Source: a virus (taxonomy: Duplodnaviria > Caudoviricetes). Taken from it: a stretch of DNA of 37,485 nt. This document shows positions 34,658 through 37,485 of the stretch, piece by piece. Every line of letters starts with the position of its first letter. Position 1 is the first letter of the stretch. The stretch lies in IMG/VR virus record IMGVR_UViG_3300017912_004110, positions 1 to 37,485 of that record; one strand, 5' to 3'. Below the pieces are notes generated by a model that was given only the letters and a program-made list of their open reading frames with translations, made no database searches and was not told the origin of the DNA. The translations under genes and the position numbers were made by a program.

Positions 34658-35247
34658 AACCCTTGATTAATAACTTGTGACAGCTGTGCAGCAGCCAATG
34701 ATGGATTTAAATAACTACTTATGTCTGGAATCTGCGGCTGCCCTGGAATGGCTTGTAACATTGTATCTTTGTAATACTTACCTGCTAAACCTTGCGGACT
34801 TTGTGAATTAATTGAAGATCTCTGCAATTGCTGTTGTTGAATTTGTAATTGTTGTGATTGCTCTCCAGGCATCATTGCTAATGTCACAGGAATTGTAGAT
34901 AAAGCTGAACCTGCAACATTGGCAATAGAATCGCCCATGCTAGGAGCAATGCGATTCTCTGCAACCATCTTTCCTGTATTTGGATCTTTTTTATAAACTA
35001 AATCTCTTTTTGTTCCTCTTATCCTACGCAAACCACCCATTGCAGCAGTAGAGCCAGCTGCATCCGCCAATCCATATACAAGTGCCTGTTTAGGATCACC
35101 TGTAGCAGCCAGAGTAAATACACCACTAGTTAATCCACTAGTAAGACCGCTGTTAATTAAATCCTGAATACCAGCCAAACCACCTAGCTTACGGCGACCT
35201 TGTCGCCCAATATTTTTTGTAATTGTTCTAGCTAGGCCGGCAAGCAT
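34654..35247 (-). CDS. Gly/Ala/Gln-rich hypothetical protein
   Basis: 197 aa with a GAGG ribosome-binding site; contains LAGKY. Confidence 0.7.
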   Translation of the reverse strand: MLAGLARTITKNIGRQGRRKLGGLAGIQDLINSGLTSGLTSGVFTLAATGDPKQALVYGLADAAGSTAAMGGLRRIRGTKRDLVYKKDPNTGKMVAENRIAPSMGDSIANVAGSALSTIPVTLAMMPGEQSQQLQIQQQQLQRSSINSQSPQGLAGKYYKDTMLQAIPGQPQIPDISSYLNPSLAAAQLSQVINQGL

Positions 35248-35267
35248 TTTATTACCTCATATAAATA

Positions 35268-35858
35268 TTATTTTACAGGCCCTTTGTCTTCAGCTTCTTT
35301 AATTTCTTCTGGTGATGCTTTTAACAACTGAGCAACATTCATTTCGCCTTGTGCTTCTGACTCTGCTTTTGCTTCCATTGTTTTGAAAATATAATTCTGG
35401 GGATCAGGATTAGCACTACGGGGCATAGGATTTTTAGGCCTTTTGTCTGGCTCTACAGTGGGACTTAATTCAAAAGTTTCTTTCCACTTCTGTCCTTTTA
35501 ATTGGAACTCAACTGAGTCTAAAAATGTAGACCTTTGAAATACAGGTCGGCCTGTTTCAAAATCATATAAAGATTTACGGTTTGTATCAAAACGATCTGG
35601 CAAGCCTTCAAACAAATTAAAATTATCTGGAATATCATCATTAACAAAACTAAGCCTTGGATTTGTAATTGGTTTACGAGTAACTAATTTATTACGCAAA
35701 TCACGGGAATCAAAACGATTAATTTGAAAAGGCGCAGTTCCAGATCCCGCACGAAACTGCTGATCATATTTAGATTTTGTAAATTGATCTCGATTAAAAA
35801 ATTTAGCTACATCGTCCATGTATTCTTGTGGACGACTAAGGCGTGGATCAAAAGGCAT
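35268..35858 (-). CDS. Hypothetical protein
   Basis: 196-aa ORF tightly packed in the operon. Confidence 0.7.
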   Translation of the reverse strand: MPFDPRLSRPQEYMDDVAKFFNRDQFTKSKYDQQFRAGSGTAPFQINRFDSRDLRNKLVTRKPITNPRLSFVNDDIPDNFNLFEGLPDRFDTNRKSLYDFETGRPVFQRSTFLDSVEFQLKGQKWKETFELSPTVEPDKRPKNPMPRSANPDPQNYIFKTMEAKAESEAQGEMNVAQLLKASPEEIKEAEDKGPVK

Positions 35859-35860
35859 TA

Positions 35861-36103
35861 TTATTTAGATTTTCTATTCTTATGTAATTTTACTAGAGTA
35901 TCTCGTAAACGTGCTTGTTTACGAGTTTTCTCATCATATTTATCTGGATCTTTTTCTACATTTACTTGAAGCTGTGCAGAAGTAATACCTTTCTTTTTTG
36001 CCTTAGCAAGAAAAGAGTCTGGATTGTCAGGTGACTTTTTGGTTGGTTTTTTATCAACTAACTTTTTAGTTGTCTTTTTATCTTCTTTATTTTTCTTAGA
36101 CAT
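35861..36103 (-). CDS. Small basic protein
   Basis: 80 aa, Lys-rich; P.SFLAKAKKKG...TRKQARL..TL motif. Confidence 0.7.
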   Translation of the reverse strand: MSKKNKEDKKTTKKLVDKKPTKKSPDNPDSFLAKAKKKGITSAQLQVNVEKDPDKYDEKTRKQARLRDTLVKLHKNRKSK

Positions 36104-37485
36104 TACTGAATGACTCCAAAACGACGTAAAACACTTTGAGGATCACGTCCTTCGATTCTAGCTCTTCGTAAACCTTCGCTAAGTTTTAGGGATTCCCCAC
36201 TTTTATCCCTTGGACGCCTTAAAGATTCTTTTGTTGCCAACTCTGCACTAGCACCTTTACCCATCAATGAAATCATGCTTAGTGTTTCATCATCTAGGTT
36301 TTGATAAGGACTAGTAGTACCTGGTGCTACCCGTGATGGCTTAACTGTTTCATCTGCTCTTACATCATCACCTGGTTCAATACCATAACGCGTAACCGTA
36401 CTTCCTGTTTGAGTTTTATCTCCTTCATAGCTAGAGGCAAGATTTCCAAAATCATCGTAATCACGCATTTGAGTTTTTTGCACATCTTGCTGATAACCAC
36501 TTCGTTTATTTTGAATATTACGTACTTCATCATGTAACGCACTACCTGCTGAGAAGTTAGCAACATTGCGTCCACCTCCTCCTCTGTTTTCAGTGTCCTG
36601 CATTTCACGATCACTACGGACCTCAAACGTTCCGGCAACCGGCTTGCCCTCTTCATCAGCTTCAAAGAACAGACGTTTAGGTTCACCAGTAAATGTCTTA
36701 GGTTCTGGCCTGCCACCAAACTCTTTCTCTGCAACTAAATCACGACGCACTGCATCTAGCTCATTATTAACGTCGAATAAAGCTTCAGCGTTTTGAATGC
36801 CTTCTTCTTTTAAGCCCTCACGCTGCTTGCGTAAATTAGATACAATAAAATCATCTTTATTCATTCCGCTTAAACCCTTGCGAGGCTTAGTTTCTGCAGC
36901 AGCCATGAACATATTTTCGTCATCATTGATTTGCTGGATACGGCCGCGTAACTCAATCTGACGTTCCTCGATCTCACCACGGCGGTTTACTAAATCAATT
37001 TCTTTATCTTCAATTGGATTTGTGAATGCTCCTCGTTTATCTTTCTTCATAAATAAACCTGTATTTACTTCAGGTTGACCAACCGCACTAAGTTCTGTCA
37101 CAAAAGAACTATCTTGCGGCTTAACTGTCATTGGCATTGAAGGTGCATCTTTACGTGTCAACTGAAAAACATTAGGGTCACCAGTCTGGGCATATAGTTC
37201 AATGGCATTTTTTACATTGCGATCACTAGCAAGAATTCGCTCGGCACGAACACCTGTTACACCTTTATTAGCTAATTCCATACGGCGATCTGCCATAAAC
37301 TCTTGTACATAATCAATATTTGTACGATTCAAATCTAAATCTTCATCGCGGCGTAGTTTACGCAACGTATTCTTATCTTGCTGATTCTCAGCAGCGTTCA
37401 TTGCATCTTGTGCTGCAGCCCTAGTCTGGCTTTGACGTAAATTGGTGGTTGCTTCTGACGGTAATTGGGTCAATTTATATTTACG
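36103..37485 (-). CDS. Charged coiled-coil protein, 5' end probably outside the window
   Basis: The frame stays open to the window edge (CGT AAA TAT AAA TTG...), so the TTG at 37473 is probably not the true start. Confidence 0.7.
   Translation of the reverse strand, partial: RKYKLTQLPSEATTNLRQSQTRAAAQDAMNAAENQQDKNTLRKLRRDEDLDLNRTNIDYVQEFMADRRMELANKGVTGVRAERILASDRNVKNAIELYAQTGDPNVFQLTRKDAPSMPMTVKPQDSSFVTELSAVGQPEVNTGLFMKKDKRGAFTNPIEDKEIDLVNRRGEIEERQIELRGRIQQINDDENMFMAAAETKPRKGLSGMNKDDFIVSNLRKQREGLKEEGIQNAEALFDVNNELDAVRRDLVAEKEFGGRPEPKTFTGEPKRLFFEADEEGKPVAGTFEVRSDREMQDTENRGGGGRNVANFSAGSALHDEVRNIQNKRSGYQQDVQKTQMRDYDDFGNLASSYEGDKTQTGSTVTRYGIEPGDDVRADETVKPSRVAPGTTSPYQNLDDETLSMISLMGKGASAELATKESLRRPRDKSGESLKLSEGLRRARIEGRDPQSVLRRFGVIQ

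Noticed and set aside
1-37485. Alternative genetic code, tRNA or rRNA genes
   Set aside because: Standard-code ORFs tile the window densely using all three stop codons, the intergenic gaps are mostly too short, and none showed a cloverleaf.

Overview
This 37.5-kb window is a gene-dense, AT-rich segment of a tailed dsDNA phage (Caudoviricetes), most likely a cyanophage. The host inference rests on a cyanobacterial-type dCTP deaminase, an NblA-like phycobilisome-degradation protein and a cyanobacterial-type integrase remnant. Most genes from about 6.4 kb to the right edge are on the minus strand and form the morphogenesis region: many small Gly/Ala/Gln-rich virion-like proteins, terminase large subunit, portal, scaffold, major capsid protein, a probable adaptor, a 1553-aa repeat protein and a GH24 lysozyme. 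A tail-fibre-like gene runs off the left edge. A short plus-strand block (2.0-6.4 kb) encodes an HTH protein, a Dam-like methyltransferase with an altered catalytic motif, dcd, DUF3310 and basic proteins. The most unusual observations are: (1) a 617-nt dual-coding overlap of portal and scaffold whose codon usage switches at the portal stop; (2) a 1553-aa protein with two different repeat arrays of matched copy number (about 20 x 12 aa and 21 x 15 aa) flanking a basic insert, suggesting a hairpin stalk; (3) a divergent NblA with an acidic tail; (4) intact but apparently catalytically dead integrase and methyltransferase homologues; (5) a SWIM-type zinc site split by about 150 aa; (6) short peptide motifs shared among otherwise unrelated small proteins. 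All family assignments come from motif recognition by eye, not database searches. No tRNA, rRNA, CRISPR array or reverse transcriptase was seen.
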